Virus record (IMG/VR): IMGVR_UViG_3300042510_000830 | Coordinates: 1-42,763 of that record | Source of the DNA: a virus | Taxonomy: Duplodnaviria; Caudoviricetes | Direction: 5' to 3' (one strand) | DNA length: 42,763 nucleotides | In this document: positions 33,547-42,763 of the stretch, piece after piece | Numbering within the stretch: the stretch's first letter is position 1 | Layout: the number at the start of each line of letters is the position of its first letter | Notes under the pieces: model-generated | Seen by the model: the letters and a program-made list of their open reading frames with translations, nothing else | What the model was told of the DNA's origin: nothing | Databases searched by the model: none | Translations under genes and position numbers: made by a program

Positions 33547-35151
33547 ATGGGCGGATCAAAAACAGTTGTTCAAGCGCCACCTCCGGCACCACCTCCGGCT
33601 TATCAAGAAACATCTTCTGATATTCTTAAAGCGCAAATTGCTCTTGCGCCAAAACTTTTTGCTGCTGAATCAAGCCCAATATACGGGCAAGCGGCTTATG
33701 CTCAACTTCAAAATCAAGTCAATGACATCCTGCTTTCTGGTCAAATGCAGCAGTTGGCTCAGTATTATCCTGAGCTGGCTAACATTGAGACTGACTACCA
33801 GACAAAGCTTCGGCAAGGAGAGCTTCAGCAAATCTCATCTCCAGAGCTTGGCTTGTCAGCGTACCAGCAGGCATTCAACCAACTTACTCCGGGCTACGCG
33901 GAGGCCGTATCTGGGATGGGCGAGCTTGCAAAGTCCGCGACCCAACAATCTCTTGCTCGGCCAACTTACACAGCCTACGAACAAGCCGTTGGAGGCCCAA
34001 GTTACGGGCAGTATATAGGACAAATTGGCGGGCCATCTGCCGATCTTACGCTTGGCGGAATGCAAGCGTATAACTTTGGCGGGATTCAAGGTGCACCATA
34101 TCAAGCCGGGCTTTACACGGGTCGGGTTGCTGGGCCTCAAACGCAATCTCAGCTTGGCCAAATAGACGCTGGGCTTGTTAACGCCTACATGAATCAACTC
34201 CCCGGAGTTGCCGAGGGCGCTCAACGGCTTGGCCAACAGATAAACTTAGATTTAGCCGCAGGGCGATCTTTAACTCCAGAAGAGGCAAGGCTGGCCACAC
34301 AGTCCGCCAGAGAAGCGTATGCTGCAAGAGGAACTGCACTTGGCCCGCAAGCCGTTAGTGCCGAGATTTTAAATCGCGCTGAACTTGCAAACCAACGGTA
34401 TCGGGAGCGCCAAGCTGCCGCCCAGCAAGCGATGGGCACAATCTCAAATCTGTATACACCTGCCCTAGAGCAGGCATTTCAAAGGCAGGCAGGCGCGGAG
34501 GCGTATAATCTTGGTGCGCAAGGTCAGGCTTTTGGGCAGGCAATGTCTCAAGAAGAACTTAGTCGGACAGCGCAGGCTCAACGATTTGGGCAGGCCATGA
34601 CGGAGGAAGAGGCGGCTAGGCAAGCTCAAGCTCAAGAATTTGGCCAGCGAGTTGGATTGCAAGAGTTAGGCCTTGGTTTGCAGGGGCAGCAATACCAGCA
34701 AGCAATGGGCAAAGAGGGGTTGGCGCAACAAACGCAAAATCAAGCTCTGCAACAAGCCCTACAGCGCACACAGCAGGGGATTGCCGGACAACAGGCTATG
34801 CTTGGCCTTCAGGGGCAACAGGCTCAACTTGGCGCAGCCGCAATGTCGGCGCTTCAGGGAGCGCAGGCACCTATTTTGCAGGCGTTTTACCGTCAGCCAA
34901 TCTTGTCTGGAGCAATGGGGCAAGCTCAACAATTTGCGCTTGGCGGCCAACAAATGGCAGGCCCGGCCCTATTTAACCCAGAGAGCCAAATGGGATTTCA
35001 GGCGGCATTCATGCCCTATCAAGCCAACATTGCTGAGCGTACCGCTGCCATGCAGGCAAATGCTACAGCTAGCGCAGGCAGAAGCGGCATGATGGGAAGC
35101 ATCATCGGCGGAGGATTAGGGGCCGCAGCAACTATTGGCGTTGCATTTTAA
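33547..35151 (+). CDS. Internal virion / DNA ejection protein
   Basis: MGGSK..PPP start, Q/A/G-rich, Gly-rich hydrophobic C-terminus. Confidence 0.7.
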   Translation: MGGSKTVVQAPPPAPPPAYQETSSDILKAQIALAPKLFAAESSPIYGQAAYAQLQNQVNDILLSGQMQQLAQYYPELANIETDYQTKLRQGELQQISSPELGLSAYQQAFNQLTPGYAEAVSGMGELAKSATQQSLARPTYTAYEQAVGGPSYGQYIGQIGGPSADLTLGGMQAYNFGGIQGAPYQAGLYTGRVAGPQTQSQLGQIDAGLVNAYMNQLPGVAEGAQRLGQQINLDLAAGRSLTPEEARLATQSAREAYAARGTALGPQAVSAEILNRAELANQRYRERQAAAQQAMGTISNLYTPALEQAFQRQAGAEAYNLGAQGQAFGQAMSQEELSRTAQAQRFGQAMTEEEAARQAQAQEFGQRVGLQELGLGLQGQQYQQAMGKEGLAQQTQNQALQQALQRTQQGIAGQQAMLGLQGQQAQLGAAAMSALQGAQAPILQAFYRQPILSGAMGQAQQFALGGQQMAGPALFNPESQMGFQAAFMPYQANIAERTAAMQANATASAGRSGMMGSIIGGGLGAAATIGVAF

Positions 35152-35993
35152 TGAAACTAACACATTCAATAGACACAATACATAAAGCCTTATCTAGGGC
35201 AAAGCGCCCAGCCGTGCTCTGGAGCGGAGGCAAAGACTCAACAGTGCTTCTTGACCTTTGTCTAAAGGCAATGCCAAACATTGAGGTAATTCACTTCAAG
35301 CTGCCATTTCTTTCGCACAAGTACAAGCACCACCATGAAGTGCAGGAAGAACTTAAGCTGACTGTGCACGACTGGATTCCCTCTTCTGTGGCCCTGTGTC
35401 ATGGCAAAGATAGGATTGATGTTGTTGAAACGTATTCTCTTGGAGAAGGGTCGCTTAAAGTAATGCGCGGCACTGAAACATTTGACGTTAAAGCTCCTTG
35501 GGTGTGCGGGAAAGAATGGCTTAACAGACCAAAGGCTTTTGTTGTTAACGACTTTGATATTTTGTTTTGCGGCCATAAAAATAGCGACGAAGACCCATTG
35601 ACTGGCAATATCCCGTTAAATCTTGATATGAAGGCTTTGGGGACAAACACGCAGATGTGGTTCCCGTTGCGCGAGTGGACTGACGAAGACATTTCGCTGT
35701 ATATCACCTCAAATAACGTCAAGTACGACCAGAACAGGTACGACAACGGCGTTGTGTCTCGGCCAGACAAGCACATGAACAGCGACTATGTTCATGCCTG
35801 TTTTCGGTGCATCGACCGCAGGGAATCGGCATTTGTGCATTGCCCAAAGCTACAGATCGACGTAGAGAACCTGCATGAGCATGTCCTGCACGAACAGCCA
35901 GTCATCCCCTATTGCAATGTCAGATCTGGATTGCCAGACATGCGGGGCGTGCTGCAGCCACAAGGCCAGTTGGCCGATCTTGCGAAAGGATAG
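35151..35993 (+). CDS. PAPS-reductase-family (PP-loop) protein
   Basis: VLWSGGKDS, FPLREWTDEDI..YI, C..C..C cluster. Confidence 0.8.
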   Translation: MKLTHSIDTIHKALSRAKRPAVLWSGGKDSTVLLDLCLKAMPNIEVIHFKLPFLSHKYKHHHEVQEELKLTVHDWIPSSVALCHGKDRIDVVETYSLGEGSLKVMRGTETFDVKAPWVCGKEWLNRPKAFVVNDFDILFCGHKNSDEDPLTGNIPLNLDMKALGTNTQMWFPLREWTDEDISLYITSNNVKYDQNRYDNGVVSRPDKHMNSDYVHACFRCIDRRESAFVHCPKLQIDVENLHEHVLHEQPVIPYCNVRSGLPDMRGVLQPQGQLADLAKG

Positions 35994-36204
35994 ATCTGAT
36001 GCAGTCAATATTCCACCAGAGTTTATCCGGGACGATCTTCCACTGCTTAAGTGCGTTGGAACGCGCTGTGTGGCGCTGTCTGGCGTTGTCGGGAAAGAAG
36101 TTTCGTGTACAATCTATGAACATCGACCGCAAGCCTGCCAGCGGTTTCAAAAAGGCAGCCCACTTTGCTTAGAAGCTAGATCCAAATTTTATGCAACCTC
36201 GTAA
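35917..36204 (+). CDS. YkgJ-family cysteine-cluster (Zn/Fe-S) protein
   Basis: CQTCGACC...CVAL...CTIYEHRPQACQRF. Confidence 0.85.
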   Translation: MSDLDCQTCGACCSHKASWPILRKDRSDAVNIPPEFIRDDLPLLKCVGTRCVALSGVVGKEVSCTIYEHRPQACQRFQKGSPLCLEARSKFYATS

Positions 36205-36862
36205 TCCTTTTCAAGGTCAACCAGCCTCAAATATGAGCTTCCCAACGGAAGCATACATGGCTGCCGCTGCCAATGCCGCAAAAATACAGGCAGACGCTCA
36301 AGCTCAGATGGGGCAAGCAATTGGAGCTGGATTACAAAAAGCAGGAGCTGCTGTCGGTGATTACATGTCCCAAAAAGCTGACTACGAGGCTTCTTCAAAA
36401 ATATTTGATTCTCCGTCGTTTAGACAAGCAATGGGCCTTAGTGAAGATGATGCCAAGCAACAAAAGACAATTCTGAAAGAGCTAGTTGGCGAAGGTGGAT
36501 ACAAGGCCGCAAACGCATACGCCAAACAGCAAATTGACTCTTTGCTTAACTATCATGCCGCTTCGCTTAATTTCGACAGGCAGATGCAATTGCAAAACCT
36601 ACGCAATGAACCAGAGTATGCAAGAATAACAGCATCTCTGGCTTCGCAAAAATCAATGCCCGACCTTACTAGTGCTGCTGCTGGAGTTAAAGCAGTAACT
36701 GGATCTGCAACTATGCCTGCTCCAATGCCTGGCGCTGAACTTGATTTGCAGGATGCTGTTGGAAAACTTGAATCTTTTATGGTTCAAAAATACGGTCCAG
36801 ATTATAAGGCAAGAAGAATAAATCCAACAGCAAAAGATATGCAAGAGTTTGGATCACGATAA
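36191..36862 (+). CDS. Putative internal virion protein
   Basis: A/Q/G-rich, GQAIGAGL. Confidence 0.6.
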   Translation: MQPRNPFQGQPASNMSFPTEAYMAAAANAAKIQADAQAQMGQAIGAGLQKAGAAVGDYMSQKADYEASSKIFDSPSFRQAMGLSEDDAKQQKTILKELVGEGGYKAANAYAKQQIDSLLNYHAASLNFDRQMQLQNLRNEPEYARITASLASQKSMPDLTSAAAGVKAVTGSATMPAPMPGAELDLQDAVGKLESFMVQKYGPDYKARRINPTAKDMQEFGSR

Positions 36863-36868
36863 TTTTTT

Positions 36869-37834
36869 ATGCCGTATACACCTGAACAGCTTGATCAAAT
36901 TTTAAAGGCATTTAGTTCGCCTGTGGCAGAAGCTGCGCCAAGCACAAGCATTCGCGATCTGCAAGCTCCCGTTGAATCTCCTGTTCAAGCAGAAATGGAA
37001 ACTTCGCCGCCATCTGTATATGATGAGTATCAAAAAAAATACCTTGATACACAAAAAAGACGAGCTGCTGGAGAGTTGTATATTGCGCAGCAAATGCTTG
37101 CAAACCCAGGACAACAAGAAGCAATAAACAAGGCTCTTAAAGGAGTTTTAAACGCAGATGTTCCAGAAATGCCTCCATTTGAGCAAACCGAGCCTGCAAA
37201 AAAAATAATGGAACGACTTCCGTCTTTTGCAAACAAAGACTATGTCATTAAGAACATTAAAAAAGAATTAGATGCCGCTGCCAGAATCAAAGACTCTCAA
37301 GAAAAGATGCAGCGCATTTTTACAATTTTGCCAAAAATGATTCAGTCTGCTGGAACTGGTGGAACTGATGCTTTACAACCGGCTGAAATCATTCTTGGAC
37401 TTCCAGAGGCTCAAACCATTTTTACATGGGCGTCTGTTAACAAAAAAGATTTAACATCTCCAACAACATGGCTGGAAATTAAAACTGATCCAGTTTTAAA
37501 GAATGCATTTACGGCAGACCCAGATGCTTATTTGAAAAAAGCTAGAGGCGTCTACAATACAATTTCATCTACTCGAAATGATGAATTAAATCAATTTGAA
37601 AGAATGTCTTCAAAAGATTGGGTTCGTAAAAATACTGGACTTCAATTGCTGGAGCAATATCAAGACGACGACCTACAAAAAATTACAGCTCGTCCACAAG
37701 CTACGGCTGCATTTTCTGTTGGTGCCGGAGGTGTGCCAATTAGAACTGAAATGCCTCAATCTGTGCAAAATGCTGCGCAGAATCTAAAGAAGGCATATCG
37801 AGATGCGTCTGGAAAATTAATAGTTCCAAAATAG
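36869..37834 (+). CDS. Putative internal virion protein
   Basis: Helical; position in the ejection module. Confidence 0.6.
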   Translation: MPYTPEQLDQILKAFSSPVAEAAPSTSIRDLQAPVESPVQAEMETSPPSVYDEYQKKYLDTQKRRAAGELYIAQQMLANPGQQEAINKALKGVLNADVPEMPPFEQTEPAKKIMERLPSFANKDYVIKNIKKELDAAARIKDSQEKMQRIFTILPKMIQSAGTGGTDALQPAEIILGLPEAQTIFTWASVNKKDLTSPTTWLEIKTDPVLKNAFTADPDAYLKKARGVYNTISSTRNDELNQFERMSSKDWVRKNTGLQLLEQYQDDDLQKITARPQATAAFSVGAGGVPIRTEMPQSVQNAAQNLKKAYRDASGKLIVPK

Positions 37835-37837
37835 ATT

Positions 37838-40219
37838 ATGGCACAACAAATACAACTTCCAGATGGCAGTATTGTTGAGTTTCCAGACGATGCAACAAAC
37901 GAAGAAATTACGTCTGCGTTAAATGAATATACGCCAAGCAAACAAGAAGGCACACCGTCACTATCACAACGTGCGCTAGAGGCTGCTGCGCCGTACATTC
38001 GCGGAGCTGGGCCAACTGCATCTGCTGCACTGGCTGGCGCTGCCCTTGGTAGTGTAGTGCCAGGATTAGGTACACTTGCGGGTGCAGGTTTAGGCGCTGC
38101 TTCATCAGAAATCACTCAAGTGCTTGGCGATCCAGCAGTGCTTGTGCTTAATAAATACCTTGGCACTAACTATACGCCACCAAGCCAATCCATTCAGTCG
38201 TTTCTATCACAGATAGGAATACCAGAAAGCAAAACTCAACAAGCCAAGATTGCGGAGGCTGTGGCAAGAGGAACAGCGGGGGCACTGGCTACAGCAGGTT
38301 TTGGAGCTGGAATTAAGGCATTAACTGCAACCACAGCAGGCGAGCGCAGTGTAGCAGCGGAAGTTGGCAAAATGCTTGCGGATCAACCCGGCAAACAAGC
38401 TATTGCAGGCGCGACAGGAGGTGCAACAGCGGAAGCCACAAGGCAGGCGCTTGAAGGCAAACAGGCTCCTGAATGGATGCACGAATATGTATTTCCTGTT
38501 CTAGAAATGGGAGCTGGTATGGCTGGTGGCGCTGCTGGGTCGTATGTTGCGGGCAAGACTATGGCTGCGCCATCCATGCGAAGCGGGACATACCCTGGAG
38601 CACCAGGACTAACTCCTGAAGAAATGGCGCTTGGTGTTCAAGAACTAGAAACCAAAGGACAACAGATTCCTACTTCGTATTTATTTCCTCCAAAAGGACC
38701 AGTTGGAAAAACACTTCAGCGACTTGCTAGAGCTGGAACAGCAGGAGAGCTAGATCAAGAGCTTATTGCCTTTAGGAATCAAGAAATTGAAAAATTCTTT
38801 GCCGATCGTGGAATTACGCCAGGACAAGCATCACTTGCAAAAGTTACAGAAGACTTAAACGCCACTAGAACAGCAAATGTAAGACGGTTGTCAGGTATTA
38901 ATGATGAAATCATTAAGGATGCAGACAAGACAATTAAAACAGTTCCTGTTCAAAAATCACTTGCTGCAATCGACGCAGAGATTGAAAAAGTAAAAAAGAA
39001 ATATCCAACAAGTCATACTGCAATTACTTCTAAGTTAGAAGAAATTAAAGATGGAATTGCTGGGCCTCCTATTAAACCTCCAGTTTTACTTGATCAGTTT
39101 GGAAACGAAATAAATAGACAACCAATAAGACAGGGCCAGTCATTTTCTTCTGTTGACGCAAATAGAAATAAAGTTGGAAGCATGACAAGAGATCCATCTC
39201 TGGCTGCAATTGATTCTGAAGAACTTGAAAAAATATCAACAAGACTTTACGGCGTCATTAAGGATGACATGCGTGATTTTTTAAGGGCCAACAAACTTAA
39301 AGCCGACTTATGGGATTCTACTACAGCAGAGTTGTATGAGTCCGCAGGTCAGCTTGATGTTAGTGGATTGCGTCACATATTAAATATGGGAGATGTTCAG
39401 CCAGAAGCTGCATCAAGGTTGCTGTTTAGCGCCAAGCCAAGCGAAGTTAAGTTGGTGTATGACAATCTTAGTCCAGAAGGTAGGCGCAACGCTCAGTATG
39501 CAATGCTTGAAAAGGCTTTGAGCGATTCTATTAATCAAACCACGCTAGAACCTAGCGCGACCTTGGTGGAAAAAAGACTTAATCAACTTAAGAAGGACTC
39601 TAACATCTTTTTTAAAAACACACTTCAAAGGGACGAAATTGAAGGGTTGACCCGCATGCTTCGACTGACATCGCCTGCTGTAGAGTTGCAGGCAGATCCA
39701 AATACGGGCCAGCGTGCAGTTGCGCCTATGGCTGCTATAGCGGCATTAGCTGGTCAAGGCGCAGTTAAAACAGTAGCCGGAGCAACACTACTGGATCGAG
39801 TTGCTAGTTTTTACGAGTCTCCACTTGCACGCAAAATCTTAAAAGCTATTCCTAAAACGCCAAAAGATTCACCAGAAGAATTTGCGCTGACTAAACGATT
39901 CATAAATGCATTTGAGATTTACAATGATCAAAAGTCCGTTGAGCAGCTTGAAAAAAAGCGTATTGCAATGGCATTTTTGCCAGACAATACAACAAATGAA
40001 CAAATGCCAAACGGTAGTTTCATTAAGGTAGACAACAGTCTTGGATACAAAATGATCAAGCCAACAAACGGCAAAATTAGATTATTTGATAAGACTGGTT
40101 CACAAGTTCCTGGAATTTTTAACGATGAAGAAACGGCTATAAAAAAAGCCACGAATTTAACGTATCGCGAAGTCATCCAACAAATTCGAGCAAAGGAAAA
40201 AGCATATGCCTCTGAATAA
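37838..40219 (+). CDS. Large internal virion / DNA transfer protein
   Basis: LPDG..VEFPD N-terminus, G/A-rich hydrophobic segments, 793 aa. Confidence 0.7.
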   Translation: MAQQIQLPDGSIVEFPDDATNEEITSALNEYTPSKQEGTPSLSQRALEAAAPYIRGAGPTASAALAGAALGSVVPGLGTLAGAGLGAASSEITQVLGDPAVLVLNKYLGTNYTPPSQSIQSFLSQIGIPESKTQQAKIAEAVARGTAGALATAGFGAGIKALTATTAGERSVAAEVGKMLADQPGKQAIAGATGGATAEATRQALEGKQAPEWMHEYVFPVLEMGAGMAGGAAGSYVAGKTMAAPSMRSGTYPGAPGLTPEEMALGVQELETKGQQIPTSYLFPPKGPVGKTLQRLARAGTAGELDQELIAFRNQEIEKFFADRGITPGQASLAKVTEDLNATRTANVRRLSGINDEIIKDADKTIKTVPVQKSLAAIDAEIEKVKKKYPTSHTAITSKLEEIKDGIAGPPIKPPVLLDQFGNEINRQPIRQGQSFSSVDANRNKVGSMTRDPSLAAIDSEELEKISTRLYGVIKDDMRDFLRANKLKADLWDSTTAELYESAGQLDVSGLRHILNMGDVQPEAASRLLFSAKPSEVKLVYDNLSPEGRRNAQYAMLEKALSDSINQTTLEPSATLVEKRLNQLKKDSNIFFKNTLQRDEIEGLTRMLRLTSPAVELQADPNTGQRAVAPMAAIAALAGQGAVKTVAGATLLDRVASFYESPLARKILKAIPKTPKDSPEEFALTKRFINAFEIYNDQKSVEQLEKKRIAMAFLPDNTTNEQMPNGSFIKVDNSLGYKMIKPTNGKIRLFDKTGSQVPGIFNDEETAIKKATNLTYREVIQQIRAKEKAYASE

Positions 40220-40358
40220 ATCCGCATCCGACAAAGCCTTTACCGAAAACCTTCGGCGCGAACTTGGTGCCGGCAAGCCGCAGAAGCAGGCTGTGGCAAT
40301 CGCTTATCGCGTACAAAAGGACGCCGCTCGCCAACAGGCTGCCCGCAAGCGCAAATAG
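40206..40358 (+). CDS. Small basic protein, K.Q.QAVAIA family (50 aa)
   Basis: MPLNKSASDKAFTENLRRELGAGKPQKQAVAIAY... Confidence 0.7.
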   Translation: MPLNKSASDKAFTENLRRELGAGKPQKQAVAIAYRVQKDAARQQAARKRK

Positions 40359-40363
40359 CTCTC

Positions 40364-41116
40364 ATGGCCAACATCACACGGAAGTGGAAACGCTTCCTTG
40401 CAGTCTCATGCAGCCACGGCTACATGGCCGACCAGGCTGTACTCAAGGAAGTCCTCCGCTTTCGTGACCGATGGAAGCCGGACACGGTGCTGCATCTCGG
40501 TGATGCCATCGACATGACGTGCCTACGAACCGGGGCGCTGACTAACGACAACGCCGACTCAGCGGTCGATCCCGAGGCTGACCTGAACGACGGTCTCGCG
40601 TTCATCTCCGCGCTGCGTCCACAGCACTACCTGCTCGGCAACCATGAGGCCCGGCTGGTCACACTGATGAGTCACCCGAAAGCAATCATCTCGGCTCTGG
40701 CGACCCGCGTCTATCACCAGATCCACGACCGGGCCAAGGCGATCAAGTGCAAGGTGTACGACTACAAACTTAAAACTGGCTTCGTTGGGCTGGGTGACGC
40801 TCTGTTCCAGCACGGTTACCTGCACAGCGAGAACGCGCTTAGGGACAGCGCAGAGCGCATGTGCCACGGCAGGTACACCAAGCTTGTCATGGGGCATATT
40901 CACCGTGTACAAATCGCTGAAGGACGGCGCATTAAAGGTGTGACTGGCTACTCTGTTGGGTGGCTCGGAGATCCCGAAATGGCTGGCTATGCGGAGAATA
41001 GGATTGCAACCACCGCTTGGAGCAGAGGCTGGGCGTGGGGCGAATATACTGACAACGAGACAATTGTATGGCTAACAAAAGAACTAAAAGACGGGACGTT
41101 CAAGCTCCCGCTGTAA
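40364..41116 (+). CDS. Calcineurin-like metallophosphoesterase
   Basis: SCSHG, HLGDAID, GNHE, QHG, GHIHR. Confidence 0.85.
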   Translation: MANITRKWKRFLAVSCSHGYMADQAVLKEVLRFRDRWKPDTVLHLGDAIDMTCLRTGALTNDNADSAVDPEADLNDGLAFISALRPQHYLLGNHEARLVTLMSHPKAIISALATRVYHQIHDRAKAIKCKVYDYKLKTGFVGLGDALFQHGYLHSENALRDSAERMCHGRYTKLVMGHIHRVQIAEGRRIKGVTGYSVGWLGDPEMAGYAENRIATTAWSRGWAWGEYTDNETIVWLTKELKDGTFKLPL

Positions 41117-41325
41117 AGGGAGATTGGCTCACGCAGCTTGCGGAGAATCTGGAGCTACAACCAGCACCTCCTGGATGGTACACGTTAAGCCAAATCGCTC
41201 AACATCTGAAGATTGGAAGAACTGCCACAAAAAGAATTCTTCTTGAAAAGAAGGCTATGCGGCAGAAGTTCTACCATAAGACTCAAGACGGCAGAATCAT
41301 TCCGACCATACACTACAAGCTATGA
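41068..41325 (+). CDS. Small HTH-like protein
   Basis: PPGWYTLSQIAQHLKIGRTAT. Confidence 0.6.
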   Translation: MANKRTKRRDVQAPAVKGDWLTQLAENLELQPAPPGWYTLSQIAQHLKIGRTATKRILLEKKAMRQKFYHKTQDGRIIPTIHYKL

Positions 41326-41606
41326 CGCCCGAGGAAAAGGAACGCCAAGCGATCATCCAACGCGCAAAGGACATTCTCTCTGAACACTTTGAGTGCGGCG
41401 AAATCCTTGTCCAGGCGCAGGATGAGCTGGATAGCGACAACACAAACCGCTACGAGAGCGGCTGGGGGAATCGTTTTGCTCGAGACATGCACATTAACCT
41501 AATGCACAAGGAAAGAGTGCTGGAACACTCATGGATAGAAGAGTGTGGGGATGAAGAAGATGACGAGGACGACGACGAGGACGACAAAATAAAATCAAAA
41601 AAGTAG
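41322..41606 (+). CDS. Hypothetical protein, acidic tail
   Basis: L.EHF...GN.FAR; ATGA-coupled. Confidence 0.7.
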   Translation: MTPEEKERQAIIQRAKDILSEHFECGEILVQAQDELDSDNTNRYESGWGNRFARDMHINLMHKERVLEHSWIEECGDEEDDEDDDEDDKIKSKK

Positions 41607-41634
41607 TTGCGTGCAGACAAGCAACGTGTAGCTT
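41607..41634 (+). promoter_or_regulatory. Sigma70-like promoter for the replication operon
   Basis: TTGCGT-N16-TAGCTT preceded by an A-tract; same -35 as 11302. Confidence 0.5.
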
Positions 41635-41678
41635 GCACGGCATTCGGTGAATGGTTCATCGATGAAACCTTACAAAAA

Positions 41679-42320
41679 ATGAAAGTAGCACAAATTAGTG
41701 ATTTGGCCAATTTGGCCGACGGTTCAGTGATTGGTGAGATGCGGGTGACGATCAAGGCGACGTTCCCGCCCAAAACTGGTGAGGGCAAGTTTGGACCTTG
41801 GCGCGTGCAGAACGCGATCCTTCAGGATGCAACCGGCGAGTGCAGGGCATCGTTCTGGATGCCAGACGAGATCGGCGACCTCAAGGGTCAGATGGTGACG
41901 CTTCGTTCACAGGCTGGCAAGAAAGGTCTTCAGGGCATCAGCGTGAAGACATCCTCGCACTCTGGTGAGAACGAGCTGAAGATCACCGACCAGTGCGCAA
42001 TCATCGACGATGCCGGCGCAGCCGTCGCAGCAGCCGGACCACGCAAGCCGGTGCTGGCTTCGTCGCCGATCTCGTTGACGGTGGCAGACGCCAAGCGTGC
42101 GCTCTTCCAGGCGGCACAGCTCATGGCTGAAGCCATTAAAGCCGCAGAGTGGGTTGGTGGACAAGCCAACGTCACGCCAGAGCAGTTGCAGGCTATCGCT
42201 ACGTCACTGTTCATTTCCGCAGACCGTGCGGGATTTGCCAAGGCATTCCCCTCAGCGCAGACTAAGCCAGCGGTAAAGAAGGAAGAAATTGAACTTGAGG
42301 AGGACGATCTCAAATGGTAA
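41679..42320 (+). CDS. OB-fold single-stranded DNA-binding protein (RPA-like)
   Basis: LQDATG....SFW OB signature; acidic/aromatic tail EEDDLKW. Confidence 0.7.
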   Translation: MKVAQISDLANLADGSVIGEMRVTIKATFPPKTGEGKFGPWRVQNAILQDATGECRASFWMPDEIGDLKGQMVTLRSQAGKKGLQGISVKTSSHSGENELKITDQCAIIDDAGAAVAAAGPRKPVLASSPISLTVADAKRALFQAAQLMAEAIKAAEWVGGQANVTPEQLQAIATSLFISADRAGFAKAFPSAQTKPAVKKEEIELEEDDLKW

Positions 42321-42505
42321 AGGCCAAAGATATTGCTGCAATGGCAAACGTCTCGCTTCAGACCGTGCTTAAGTGGGCGCGTGAAGGGAAAATCCCTCAT
42401 CACAGGATCAGCTCCCGTTGCCTGCGGTTCTCAATGGAGGAAGTCAATTACTGGCTAAAGCTTAAGCGCGATGCCCAAAATAAACAGCCGAGCCAAGGGG
42501 TGTAG
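42314..42505 (+). CDS. Excisionase/MerR-like HTH DNA-binding protein
   Basis: DIAAMANVS.QTV.KW.REGKIP...RF...EV..WL. Confidence 0.8.
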   Translation: MVKAKDIAAMANVSLQTVLKWAREGKIPHHRISSRCLRFSMEEVNYWLKLKRDAQNKQPSQGV

Positions 42506-42763
42506 GGGCGAACGTCTCTGGCGTGACATGCTCAGGGAGGCTGGCTTCACCGCAAGGCGGGGCCAGCAATTCTCTGGGGGATCTGACAGTCCAGATGTTA
42601 TCTGTGACGAGTTACGCAGCCTTCACATGGAGGTTAAGTTCGTTGAGTCCCTTAATCTTGAGAAAGCCTGTGAACAGGCTGATCGAGATCGCGGTGTCAA
42701 GCCATACATCGTTGCTCACAAAAAGAGTCGTTCTTGTTGGAAGGTGACGATGGATGCACATTT
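42471..42763 (+). CDS. Holliday junction resolvase-like nuclease, 5' part (continues through the overlap to 339)
   Basis: ATG at 42471, same frame as 40-339. Confidence 0.8.
   Translation, partial: MPKINSRAKGCRGERLWRDMLREAGFTARRGQQFSGGSDSPDVICDELRSLHMEVKFVESLNLEKACEQADRDRGVKPYIVAHKKSRSCWKVTMDAH
42489..42763. repeat. Terminal direct repeat / circular-assembly overlap, right copy
   Basis: Matches 1-275 with 4 mismatches. Confidence 0.95.

Noticed and set aside
42314-42505. Evidence of lysogeny (excisionase)
   Set aside because: No integrase, repressor or att site recognised; such HTH proteins are common in lytic phages
1-42763. tRNA genes, DGR or reverse transcriptase, alternative genetic code
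   Set aside because: No cloverleaf/T-loop consensus, RT motif or adenine-variable repeat pair noticed by eye; genes are intact under the standard code and all three stop codons are used

Overview
Apparently complete, circularly assembled ~42.5 kb tailed dsDNA phage genome; bases 1-275 recur at 42489-42763 with four synonymous differences. It is probably podovirus-like, since no tape measure or tail tube gene is seen and large ejection-type proteins are present. Most genes are on the + strand. The replication module has an OB-fold SSB, an HTH protein, a resolvase, an initiator-like protein, a DnaB helicase split into two separate genes, a RecE-like exonuclease and a dNMP kinase. Then come many small accessory genes, a TerS-like gene, a short minus-strand island with a GP88-like gene and a non-coding control region. 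The late region holds TerL with a mini-intein, portal, scaffold, major capsid, tail/fibre genes, a lysis cassette, internal virion proteins with an embedded PAPS-reductase-like + YkgJ-like pair, and a metallophosphoesterase. I recognised no polymerase, primase, integrase, tRNA or CRISPR array. Most notable unexplained structures: (1) a 7-copy structured repeat (GCGACACCTG..variable hairpins..GTGGTGTGAC + GGAGAGAC-loop hairpin) arrayed behind the capsid gene and the resolvase gene; (2) the intein-less split DnaB with five genes between its halves; (3) a ~400 nt densely base-paired non-coding region in front of terL, next to a CTTAAG cluster; (4) dispersed TTTCAAA tracts. All calls come from reading the sequence by eye; no searches or folding programs were run.
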